From Bdellovibrionales bacterium (GTDB taxonomy: Bacteria; Bdellovibrionota; Bdellovibrionia; Bdellovibrionales; JAGQZY01): a stretch of DNA of 64,000 bases. Shown one piece after another: positions 1 through 8,404 of the stretch. Each line of letters begins with the position of its first letter. Position 1 is the first letter of the stretch. Below the pieces are notes generated by a model that saw nothing but the letters and a program-made list of their open reading frames with translations, was not told the origin of the DNA and ran no database searches. The DNA lies in NCBI GenBank assembly GCA_964230645.1, contig CAXRHT010000003.1, positions 608,001-672,000 of the forward strand. The letters run 5' to 3'. Made by a program: the position numbers and the translations under genes.

Positions 1-225
1 GAATTGGTTATGATTTTATTGGGAGGAGTTTTTGTAGTGGAAGCCTTGTCGGTTATCACGCAAGTGGCCTCTTTTAAATTAACAGGGAAAAGAATTTTTA
101 AAATGGCACCAATCCATCACCACTATGAATTAAACGGCCTAGATGAAACAAAAATCATTGTGCGTTTTTGGATCGTATCCATTTTGTTAGCTGTATTAAG
201 TTTAAGTACATTAAAGTTGAGGTAA
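1..225 (+). CDS. mraY: Phospho-N-acetylmuramoyl-pentapeptide transferase, C-terminal fragment (truncated by window edge)
   Basis: [10 protein letters not shown]...[13 protein letters not shown] motif; directly upstream of murD. Confidence 0.97.
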   Translation, partial: ELVMILLGGVFVVEALSVITQVASFKLTGKRIFKMAPIHHHYELNGLDETKIIVRFWIVSILLAVLSLSTLKLR

Positions 226-231
226 TAAAGT

Positions 232-1620
232 ATGTTTTCAGATACTTCAGAGTTGAAAGATCGTAAAATTATGGTTGTTGGCCTGGGGAGAACGGGTGTT
301 TCTCTTTGTCGTTTTTTATCCGACCATGGAGCCAAAGTCACAGTGACGGACCACAAGTCTCGCGCTGAGCTTTCCGAAGCCCTAGAGCAAATGGAAGGTG
401 TCCCCGTCGAATACGATCTTGGAGGTCACACCCCTAAGAAATTTCTTGAACAAGAGCTCATTATTTTAAGTCCGGGTGTTTCACCCTATCTTAAGATTTT
501 CGAGTACGCTCGGAACCATAATGTTAAGGTAACCGGAGAGTTTGAATTCTCCTCATGGTTTATTAAAGAGCCCATTATTTCCATTACTGGAACCAACGGA
601 AAGACCACCACTACTTTTCTAATCTATAAAATGTTAAAAGAGTCTGGTGTCGATGTATGGGTTGGAGGCAACTACGGTCAACCACTCGTGGATTACCTAC
701 GCACAGAAAATAAAGCCAGCGTTCTTGTCCTCGAAGTTTCAAGCTTTCAACTTGAGCACTGTGAAAGATTCACTCCTCAAAATATTGTATTCACCAATTT
801 GGCTGAAGATCACCAAGATCGTTACAAATCCATGGAAGATTACGTGAATGCCAAAAGAAGAATCTTTTTAAACACCAATCAGGCGACCACTAGCATTCTT
901 AATGCTGATGACAACGCTGTTATTGAATTAGCTCGAGACCCGGCCGTTCAGCGTGGACGTATTTTTTACTTCTCCTGCAAAAAGGCCCTTGAACCACAAA
1001 TCATGAATATCGGTGGTGTGGTTAGCATGAATCGTGATTTAAAAGTGCGCACAGGACCTGAGATCGAACATTTTTCAATGGCAAAAAGCAAAGCACGTGG
1101 TCAACATATGATTGAAAACTTTATGGCAGCACTTTTGGCCTCTCGTGAACATGGAGCCACTTCTGAGGCCATTCAAAAAGTGATCGATGAATTTCGCGGT
1201 ATTCCCCATCGTCTAGAGTACATTCGTCGTGTGGGTGGGGTAGAGTTTTTCAACGACTCCAAAGCCACTAACGTCCATGCCGTAAAAAAAGCATTGGACT
1301 CTTTTGGGGAAAACGTGATTCTGGTTATGGGTGGAAAAGACACAGGCCTTAATTACGAGCCTATTTTTGATCATGTAAAAAGAAAGGTGAAGTCATTGAT
1401 ACTTTTCGGCGAAGCCAAAGAGCGTATCAATAGAGATATTGGAGATGCGGCAGAAACTTTCCTTATCGGCACTTTTGAAGAAGCTATTTTGATCGCTTAT
1501 CAAAAATCTCGAATTGGAGATATTGTGTTAATGTCTCCGGGATGTTCAAGTTTTGACATCTTTGATAGTTACATCGAGCGTGGTAACTACTTTAAAGAAA
1601 TTGTAAAGAATTTCTCCTAA
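232..1620 (+). CDS. murD: UDP-N-acetylmuramoyl-L-alanine:D-glutamate ligase
   Basis: GLGRTG, SPG, ITGTNGKTTT P-loop, LEVSSFQL, HRLE, NDSKATN, SPGCSSFD motifs. Confidence 0.97.
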   Translation: MFSDTSELKDRKIMVVGLGRTGVSLCRFLSDHGAKVTVTDHKSRAELSEALEQMEGVPVEYDLGGHTPKKFLEQELIILSPGVSPYLKIFEYARNHNVKVTGEFEFSSWFIKEPIISITGTNGKTTTTFLIYKMLKESGVDVWVGGNYGQPLVDYLRTENKASVLVLEVSSFQLEHCERFTPQNIVFTNLAEDHQDRYKSMEDYVNAKRRIFLNTNQATTSILNADDNAVIELARDPAVQRGRIFYFSCKKALEPQIMNIGGVVSMNRDLKVRTGPEIEHFSMAKSKARGQHMIENFMAALLASREHGATSEAIQKVIDEFRGIPHRLEYIRRVGGVEFFNDSKATNVHAVKKALDSFGENVILVMGGKDTGLNYEPIFDHVKRKVKSLILFGEAKERINRDIGDAAETFLIGTFEEAILIAYQKSRIGDIVLMSPGCSSFDIFDSYIERGNYFKEIVKNFS

Positions 1621-1627
1621 ATTTTTC

Positions 1628-1657
1628 AAACCCTGAAGATTAGACGCTTCGGGGTTT
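1628..1657 (+). terminator. Hairpin after murD, probable terminator
   Basis: AAACCCTGAAG-N8-CTTCGGGGTTT inverted repeat 7 bp after the stop; short T tract. Confidence 0.45.
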
Positions 1658-1788
1658 ACAATAGTCTCGTCTCGTAGCTAGTCTAAAGTACGAGTATTTA
1701 CCTTTGTGTTTTTGAGTTCAGATAGAAATCACTGTTCCACTGTGTTTATAATAGACAAGTTCGTAGCAATATTATTACATAAAGTGTG

Positions 1789-2403
1789 ATGAATAAATTG
1801 ATTAAAGTATTTTCAAATTCCAAAGGGATGAGCTTTGTTGAAATGTTAGTGGTCGTAGCGATCATCGCTATTTTGGCGCTCATAGCTGTGCCACAATTTG
1901 AGCGCTACCAAGCCAGAGCGAGACAGGCTGAGGGGATTAATATGCTCACAGGTTTTTACCAGGCGGCTACGACAGCAAGGGCTGAATTTGGTCGTTATCC
2001 TGGTAATATGGTTCAGACCGGTTGGGCCCCCGAGGGACGAATCAATTATCGTTTTCACAATAATAACAATCCTAGTATGCCAGCTTCAACCCGAACTTTC
2101 GACTTCGCCTGCCAAGGCACGGCTCATCCCTGTAACTGTGCTGGAGGAGGTTCTCAACCCTGTCCCAATTTTAAAACTTGGACAGAAAATTTAGTCCCCG
2201 TAGCAGGAGACGAAATTGGTGCAACGACTATTAATCCCTTCCACAGTAGCGCCTGTGGTTCTCTACCTTCGACTACAGTTTCTAGTGACAATCGCTTCTC
2301 AGCTCGAGTGGCAGGGCGGATAATGGCAGGAGCCCCTCGCGATGCCTGGGGTATTGATGAAATGCGCACTCTGCAAAATTGCAGTGATGGTACTCTACGC
2401 TAA
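1789..2403 (+). CDS. Type IV pilin (PilA/PilE-like)
   Basis: Prepilin motif SKG|MSFVEMLVVVAIIAILALIAVPQF then YQARARQAE; 6 Cys in the head domain; alternative GTG start at 1786. Confidence 0.9.
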   Translation: MNKLIKVFSNSKGMSFVEMLVVVAIIAILALIAVPQFERYQARARQAEGINMLTGFYQAATTARAEFGRYPGNMVQTGWAPEGRINYRFHNNNNPSMPASTRTFDFACQGTAHPCNCAGGGSQPCPNFKTWTENLVPVAGDEIGATTINPFHSSACGSLPSTTVSSDNRFSARVAGRIMAGAPRDAWGIDEMRTLQNCSDGTLR

Positions 2404-2407
2404 TTAT

Positions 2408-4717
2408 CTATTGCGGTGAGATGAGTAGCTCTTTCTTGCTAAAATACATTTTCACTTTCTCCCAAGAGAGCGGAATTTTTATATATTCATTACGCTTCCA
2501 GAGTGCAGCCTGGTCATTGATTTGATCGTTGAGAATCCAGGCGTCCTGTCCTCCGTTAAGAACAAAATAATTTTCATCAAGAGAAGAGAGGTCACTGATG
2601 TGTCTTGCGCTGGCTCCGTAGCTTGTGGCCTCTTTTTCTTTATCGAATCGTCGGTTGTATTTGTTCACTGTATCTGAACTTCCGCTTACAGCACGATTTT
2701 CAAACCGAAAACGCTCTCCCACCAGCGGGAGCATCCCAAGGGGAGTGCTTTGCTTTTGCAAAAGGAATTCTCCCCAGGTGTTGAATTCTTTTTTGAACTC
2801 TTCCACCTCTACAATGGAGTCCTTGCTGAGTTTGACGATTCGTTCCTCAGGCATATCCTTTAGCCAGGTTAAGAGATAATCCTTCCAAGCCATACTGTCT
2901 TTTTCTTCTTGTTGAATTAGAGGCTGATCATCCCACCTCTTTAAATAATGCTGCCAAAGAGAGTAGGAGAGGCCATAAAAACTAAGAGCTTCTGAACTAT
3001 CTTCTTTATAGTGACCATCCCATTGTGACAGCTCTTTGATCAGTGTGGGTTTTGGAAACTCTTGAGTTTGGTTCCAAGCACCTACAATTCTTTGGGCGAT
3101 TTGAAATGACTTTCTAGAAAAATTATCGGTTTGTAGTTTTTTAAGGTCTTCGATTTTGATTTTCTTTTTACCGGATGTCACCTCTTTGAGTCTTTCCACG
3201 CGATCGTTATTGGCGTATCCAAAGGCAAAGGGAATTTCAGGAGACTCAAAAGGTTTGTTATTGGCTGATGCAATAAAGTTTTCAGAAGGATTATAAGGGT
3301 TGGGATGTTCTAAGGGAGATTTAATACGCACAATGGGATTGTCTCTTTTTTTGACAAGCTCCAAGGTTTTGTTTGAGTCTTTTAAAACCGGCTGTCCGTA
3401 GGCTGCAACCATGCCGATGTTGCCTTTGTCATCAGCATAAACCATGTTCATGGCTGAGACATTATAAGCCCTGAAGGCTTTTTTAAACTCTTCCCAATTA
3501 GAGGCCTTCGCTACATCTAAAAAGGTTTGTATTCCATCGGAGCCTTTCCTCCCGACCCAATCCAGAGCCACTTTGAAGGGTAATTTTTCTTTATCAAAAA
3601 AATCAAGGTCGGAAAGTATGGGCCCGTACTCGGTTTCTCTAATATCCACAGTCTTTGACCACAACCAACGTCTTTTAAGAGTTTCCGAACGAAGAGTAAT
3701 TTCTGATTCCGGAAGGTCGGAGACATCAAATAAATGAGAGCTAATTCCTCTCATATTGGTTCCTCCCCAGGCGATATGTTTATTGCGTCCGACTCCAATA
3801 ATGGGAACTCCGGGGATCATCATACCAAAGGCATGATAGCTCGGTGATTTAATGCCCATGAGGAGCCAAAAGTTAGGAAGAAAAAGGCCAACATGAGGAT
3901 CATTGGCGATCAAAGCGCCCGGACCATCGGATTTCTTACCTGAAACCACGACAGAGTTACTTCCTGATTTAGAAAACGACTTTATTAACGAACTTATCGC
4001 GGGCTCTTTTGAGTTGTCAAAAGTGGCCGTACTATTTTTTGCCTCTTCAAGTTGCCGATGGAAAATTTTCTCCCAACCCTTATTTTCGGCGAGTTTCAAA
4101 TATTTAATGTAGATAGCCCAAGACAGGTCCGAGGCGACCACCTGAGAAAGAGTAATGACCTCTAGAGTAGTGAATTCTTTCACATCACGATTGATCGCTT
4201 GATGAGTGATAGGAGTCTTTTTGAGATTTTTGATATACCAGTTTAAGCCGGCGGTGAAGTTAGTTATCCACTCTCGACTTTCTTCTGACATAATAGCCCA
4301 ACTATTTTTTGCTGCTCCCGAAAAGTTTAACATGCGAAGACCGTAGTCCACTTGTTCTACAACTGAAAAGGGGCCAGCCACTTCACTAAGGCGTCCTTGA
4401 GAAAGTAGGCGTAGGAGCTCTAACTGATCAATTCGAAGATGCGCATGCACAGCACCTACGGCAAAGGCCAAGTCGGAATCATTTTTAGCTTCAATAAAGG
4501 GGATCGAATAAGAGTCCCAGCGAATTTTTACTGTATTTTTTATGGGTGCCTTTTGGAGAGGAAAATCAGCAAACCGTTCCTCCTGAGTAAGATCATCAGG
4601 ATAGGTTAACAAAGTCGAACAAGATGTGGTCAATAAAATCAGGACGAAATGGAGGAGAAAACTTTTAAATATCAGAATCAGTGTCTTCCTTTTTGGATTG
4701 GCTAGTATTTTCTTCAT
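2408..4717 (-). CDS. Penicillin acylase / acyl-homoserine-lactone acylase family Ntn-hydrolase, probable lipoprotein
   Basis: WDSYSIPFIEA, GRLSE, G|SNSVVV nucleophile, ANDPH, WGGTN, SANN motifs; lipobox-like LLTTSC; start moved to ATG 4717 (uncertain). Confidence 0.88.
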   Translation of the reverse strand: MKKILANPKRKTLILIFKSFLLHFVLILLTTSCSTLLTYPDDLTQEERFADFPLQKAPIKNTVKIRWDSYSIPFIEAKNDSDLAFAVGAVHAHLRIDQLELLRLLSQGRLSEVAGPFSVVEQVDYGLRMLNFSGAAKNSWAIMSEESREWITNFTAGLNWYIKNLKKTPITHQAINRDVKEFTTLEVITLSQVVASDLSWAIYIKYLKLAENKGWEKIFHRQLEEAKNSTATFDNSKEPAISSLIKSFSKSGSNSVVVSGKKSDGPGALIANDPHVGLFLPNFWLLMGIKSPSYHAFGMMIPGVPIIGVGRNKHIAWGGTNMRGISSHLFDVSDLPESEITLRSETLKRRWLWSKTVDIRETEYGPILSDLDFFDKEKLPFKVALDWVGRKGSDGIQTFLDVAKASNWEEFKKAFRAYNVSAMNMVYADDKGNIGMVAAYGQPVLKDSNKTLELVKKRDNPIVRIKSPLEHPNPYNPSENFIASANNKPFESPEIPFAFGYANNDRVERLKEVTSGKKKIKIEDLKKLQTDNFSRKSFQIAQRIVGAWNQTQEFPKPTLIKELSQWDGHYKEDSSEALSFYGLSYSLWQHYLKRWDDQPLIQQEEKDSMAWKDYLLTWLKDMPEERIVKLSKDSIVEVEEFKKEFNTWGEFLLQKQSTPLGMLPLVGERFRFENRAVSGSSDTVNKYNRRFDKEKEATSYGASARHISDLSSLDENYFVLNGGQDAWILNDQINDQAALWKRNEYIKIPLSWEKVKMYFSKKELLISPQ

Positions 4718-5489
4718 CGAGCTCTTCTGGGGAGACAAACTCAACTCGTGAGCTAAAGCTAACGGAGGTTTTCTCACGGGGCTTATATCCCATCTTTTTG
4801 AGTCTGTTATGGAGATCATGGCCAACGGTGAGTAGAAAAGACTCAGCTACTTTTAAGCGATTGTAATGAGGGGAGATGAGCGAGTTTATTTTTTCGACAT
4901 CTGCTTTTTTTACACAGCGAGCAGCGGGCTTTGAAAAGTTTTGCGTCAGTGTTTGCTCATAGATATCGCGATACTTTCGACTCATATCTAAATAGTTTCC
5001 TACCAGATTGTTGTAGTAATAGGAGAGTAGGGAAATAATTCTCTTATTTTCCATATGTCTAAAAAGCCCTCGGCTCTTAATTACTTTCAAATACTCATGA
5101 CCCACATCGTAGTTGTTGTAGTGAAGAATAAGGGAAATGTTACAGATTTCGTCTTTACTCCCGCTTGCGGATAGGCTTTTTTCTTTTTCTTTGTCTTTGT
5201 CTTTGTCTTTGTCTTTGTCTTTGTCTTTGTCTTTGTCTTTGTCTTTGTCTTTGTCTTTGTCTTTGTCTTGGGCCTTTACGGCCTCCATTTCATGAAATGG
5301 CTCAATCTCGAAGCGAGCCACTTTTTTAGGTGGAGGCTCAGCCGGAAGCTGGTTTAGAATTTCAGTGAGATTAAAATCGAGTTCTCTTTTTTCAGTCAAA
5401 TCCTGTTGGTATTGGTCGAAATGAAAAGCGAAATAAACGCCAATGAAAATAAAAAGTCCATCCACAATTTTATCGGAAAGAAAGCCCAT
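4665..5489 (-). CDS. Hypothetical protein with N-terminal TM helix and (DK)13 tract
   Basis: 274-aa ORF, AAGGTG RBS, hydrophobic N-terminal segment; overlaps the acylase start. Confidence 0.7.
   Translation of the reverse strand: MGFLSDKIVDGLFIFIGVYFAFHFDQYQQDLTEKRELDFNLTEILNQLPAEPPPKKVARFEIEPFHEMEAVKAQDKDKDKDKDKDKDKDKDKDKDKDKDKEKEKSLSASGSKDEICNISLILHYNNYDVGHEYLKVIKSRGLFRHMENKRIISLLSYYYNNLVGNYLDMSRKYRDIYEQTLTQNFSKPAARCVKKADVEKINSLISPHYNRLKVAESFLLTVGHDLHNRLKKMGYKPREKTSVSFSSRVEFVSPEELDEENTSQSKKEDTDSDI
5190..5267 (-). repeat. Perfect hexanucleotide microsatellite (GACAAA)13, in frame, encoding DK repeats
   Basis: 13 exact TTTGTC units on the + strand, followed in the gene by degenerate GAAAAA units. 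Confidence 0.97.
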
Positions 5490-5585
5490 CTGACACCTTT
5501 TTGGTTAAGGTCTCTTTTTATCTCAAATTATCAGTTTTTTAAATTTTTTTTCTTGTTAGGGCTTAAGCTCTAAAACAGATGCCGT

Positions 5586-6422
5586 TCAGTCTTCGTCAAA
5601 ATCAGCATCAGGGAGTTTTGTATCTAACGTATCGATTGCTGAGAACATAAATAGGGGGATATTTCCACGAGAGGACTCGGATTGCAGAACTTTGCGGATC
5701 TTTTTTAAGCAATTCCTCTGCAGCTTAACGACCTCCCTGTAGGCCTGTGAGTTCACCGAGGAAGAATAATTGGCGTTGATGGGAGTTAAATAAAGGTCTG
5801 TGGGGTGATCCTGGAATTTCATAAAATCTGTGAGGATTTTAATTTTTCCAGCAATGTCCTCTGGTGAGGTCGCAAACCAATCGCCCAGAGTATGATAGCG
5901 TCCCCCTCTTTGCTCAATATATTCGAGGTCCAAAAGATTCTTAATCACTTTTTCCCCGAGGTTGCCAAACAGACGGACCGCACGCTCTTTAGAAAGTCCC
6001 ACCGGATGGCAGCAAAGTTTATAAATCAGATAGTACACGTCATTTTTGAGCATTTTATTGAGCTCAGGGTCAAAACGTCGGCTATGATCTTTTGCACCTG
6101 GGAAAACCTCATTGAGATAAGCACCAATCGGACCAGAAAATTGCTGGGTCAATTTGGGAATCTCTTTTTCCCCGCCGATATAACTGACAAGGTTAAGTAT
6201 CGTACTGGCAGTGGGAAGTGACTTAAAATCTTTGTTTTTTATACGTCTTAAAGTGGGCTCGCTCACATCACATCGCTGACTTAAAGCCATAAGACTGAGA
6301 TGAGGATGCTTTTCAAGGTAAGCTTCGACCAGCGAGGAGAGGGCGTTGAGGAGAGCCTCTTTTTTGGAAGTCTCCTCATTACGATTCGATTTTTCGATGG
6401 CCTTTTGAATATTTATATCCAT
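5586..6422 (-). CDS. HTH DNA-binding protein, TIGR02147/DUF4423-like (cassette A regulator)
   Basis: N-terminal XRE-like HTH (LSLMALSQRCDVSEPTLRRI), central winged-helix-like segment; clear paralog of 42342-43214; start overlaps the upstream gene's end. Confidence 0.75.
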   Translation of the reverse strand: MDINIQKAIEKSNRNEETSKKEALLNALSSLVEAYLEKHPHLSLMALSQRCDVSEPTLRRIKNKDFKSLPTASTILNLVSYIGGEKEIPKLTQQFSGPIGAYLNEVFPGAKDHSRRFDPELNKMLKNDVYYLIYKLCCHPVGLSKERAVRLFGNLGEKVIKNLLDLEYIEQRGGRYHTLGDWFATSPEDIAGKIKILTDFMKFQDHPTDLYLTPINANYSSSVNSQAYREVVKLQRNCLKKIRKVLQSESSRGNIPLFMFSAIDTLDTKLPDADFDED

Positions 6423-7216
6423 ACATCCTCGGGTTCGCATTTTAAACTCTTCTCTTTACGGTCGAGGGCTTCCTCAGGCTTTAATGGCTGCGAAATCGAC
6501 TGAAGCTGTTGCAACATTTGACCTGTTATTCCATTACCACTGAGCTCGCCACCAAGAAGTTTTAGGGTGTCTTCATGAATTGATCCAGCACACTCTGGAG
6601 TACTGATATTCTTTTTAAGGTGGCTCGCAATTTTACTCCAATCCAAATCAGGGCTTTGTTGATCAAGGTAGGACAAATCATCGATGGGTCCAAGGGGGGA
6701 GTTGATCACATTAAAGCCGCTGTCATAAATGGCCTTCAACAATTGCTTCTCTTGCTGACTGACAGGACTTCTTTCCATATAAGTGATTTCAATATCTCGG
6801 TAAAACTCACCATCACAACTCGGAATTCTTTTTTTCAAAGTTTCTTTAAGAACATAGTCCCAGTCAGACTCCTTCGACTTTTCAAACACACTCACCGAAT
6901 AGTAGAGACTTTTAGAAAAAAAGCGGGTGATGACTTCCGTCCCATTCTCGTTCAGTTTAATTTCCTCCACCTCTGCCAATGGGCTAACATTAAGGCTCTT
7001 GCATGAGGAGGCTCCAGAGTCTTTACAGTCACTAAGACTTTTGAAAAACAGGTCTTTTCCATTGTGACAAAGTAAATTTCCCGGATAGCTTTCCATTCTT
7101 GAGATCACCACATGGTTATTCACTTTTACAATTTGTGGGTCTGAATTTAATTCATCGTGAGTCGCGGCAGCGCTAAATAGACACAGTGAGAGAGTGGAGA
7201 GTAGGATTTGAATCAA
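6413..7216 (-). CDS. Secreted Cys-containing hypothetical protein (cassette A, A3)
   Basis: Signal peptide, TTG start with AAGGGGG RBS; paralog of 41547-42341 (LCxxG, PxCxG, LL(G/S)GExSGNGI motifs). Confidence 0.8.
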   Translation of the reverse strand: MIQILLSTLSLCLFSAAATHDELNSDPQIVKVNNHVVISRMESYPGNLLCHNGKDLFFKSLSDCKDSGASSCKSLNVSPLAEVEEIKLNENGTEVITRFFSKSLYYSVSVFEKSKESDWDYVLKETLKKRIPSCDGEFYRDIEITYMERSPVSQQEKQLLKAIYDSGFNVINSPLGPIDDLSYLDQQSPDLDWSKIASHLKKNISTPECAGSIHEDTLKLLGGELSGNGITGQMLQQLQSISQPLKPEEALDRKEKSLKCEPEDVWI

Positions 7217-7228
7217 ACGAGCCCCCTT

Positions 7229-7262
7229 TTCGTCGCGATTCTAGAACTTAGGAGATGACGAA
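7229..7262. promoter_or_regulatory. Putative operator TTCGTC-N22-GACGAA abutting the RBS of the A3/HTH operon
   Basis: Perfect 6-bp inverted repeat; the motif recurs at 8194, 39611 and 41426. Confidence 0.5.
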
Positions 7263-7334
7263 GCCTATGTCGAACTCTGAGCTCGACTTGTAAAATTATT
7301 CTATAGTTCTTCAACGCAACTCAGCTTGAAATAG

Positions 7335-7363
7335 AAAAAGGCCTGGACAGAGCCCAGGCCTTT
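7335..7363 (-). terminator. Rho-independent terminator after the tandem small secreted genes
   Basis: AAAGGCCTGG-N7-CCAGGCCTTT stem with T-run on the minus strand. Confidence 0.8.
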
Positions 7364-7388
7364 ATAAGCAAACAAACAGGTTAGAGAC

Positions 7389-7670
7389 TTAGTCTCTGCA
7401 GCTCACCTTAAAAGTGGCTTTTGTTCCAACAGGACGGAAAGATCCGTCTGCAGAAACAACATAAGAACCTTCGTTGCTGCTGTAAGTGTAAGCGTACACT
7501 TTTTGGTTGCCGCTGCATCCAGGAACACGAATTTGTCCGTTGTTGATCCCTTCAATAACTTGGGCCACTTCGGCTTCAGAGCTTACTGAAGTTGTGAAAG
7601 CCGTTGTTGTGTTGTCAGCCAAAGCTGTCATAGCGAAAAGTGTTGTTGCGGCGATAAGTAGTTTTTTCAT
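7389..7670 (-). CDS. Small secreted protein, 93 aa (cassette A, A2)
   Basis: GGAG RBS, signal peptide MKKLLIAATTLFAMTALA, 2 Cys; tandem paralog of 7733-8014. Confidence 0.88.
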   Translation of the reverse strand: MKKLLIAATTLFAMTALADNTTTAFTTSVSSEAEVAQVIEGINNGQIRVPGCSGNQKVYAYTYSSNEGSYVVSADGSFRPVGTKATFKVSCRD

Positions 7671-7732
7671 TTTAATCTCCAATTCGTTAAAAAAAGTTAG
7701 TTAGTTAAAAGTAAGTGGTTTGTTTTTTTAAT

Positions 7733-8014
7733 TTAGTCTTGGCAACGCACTTTAAAAGTAGCTTTGCTTCCAACAGGGCGGAAAGAGCCGTCGGCTTTTA
7801 CAACATAAGAACCTTCGTTGTTGCTGTAGTTGTAAGCGTAGACTTTTTGTTGACCGTTACATCCAGGAACACGAATTCGTCCACTGTTGATCCCGGCGAT
7901 AACTTGAGCCACTTCGGCTTCAGAGCTAACAGAAGTAGTGAAAGCAGAAGTTCCCCAGTCAGCAGAAGCAGTAAGAGCAAAAAGAGTCGTTGCAGCGATT
8001 AATAGTTTTTTCAT
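7733..8014 (-). CDS. Small secreted protein, 93 aa (cassette A, A1)
   Basis: GGAGG RBS, signal peptide MKKLLIAATTLFALTASA, 2 Cys; same length as and highly similar to A2. Confidence 0.88.
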   Translation of the reverse strand: MKKLLIAATTLFALTASADWGTSAFTTSVSSEAEVAQVIAGINSGRIRVPGCNGQQKVYAYNYSNNEGSYVVKADGSFRPVGSKATFKVRCQD

Positions 8015-8193
8015 TTTATCCTCCAAAAGGTTGTTTGATGTTGATTGCGTTGTTTTTGTTTTGCTGTTGAGCCAAGAGGTAAGGAAAACGAGCGAATTGG
8101 TCAAACTCTTACAAGACTCGAAAATCATTAAATAAAACAGGAACTCGCCGCATGTTTTGAGAAGACGAGTCAGATCCAATTTTTAGAATTTGA

Positions 8194-8239
8194 TTCGTCG
8201 TGGAGAAGAAAAAGAGCCTTTTTATAAAATCACGACGAA
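8194..8239. promoter_or_regulatory. Putative operator TTCGTCGTG-N28-CACGACGAA upstream of A1
   Basis: Perfect 9-bp inverted repeat; proximal half-site lies 89 bp from a TTGACC -35-like hexamer (8099-8104, minus strand). Confidence 0.5.
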
Positions 8240-8404
8240 CCTAGCCGCCTTTGCGTGACGACCTGTTTAACGCAAGCTTTCAGCGACAAACCTCAGCTGA
8301 ATCAGGTTTTAGAGATATTCCCGAGGATTAAAAAGTTTAGATCTTCGCGACACTTGTCTAGCCGATCTGTTGCGCCCACAAGCCCCTCAGGAGACAATAA
8401 GTCT

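Noticed and set aside
7389..8014. Diversity-generating retroelement template/variable repeat pair
   Set aside because: Both copies are intact genes, differences are not adenine-specific, and no reverse transcriptase is present
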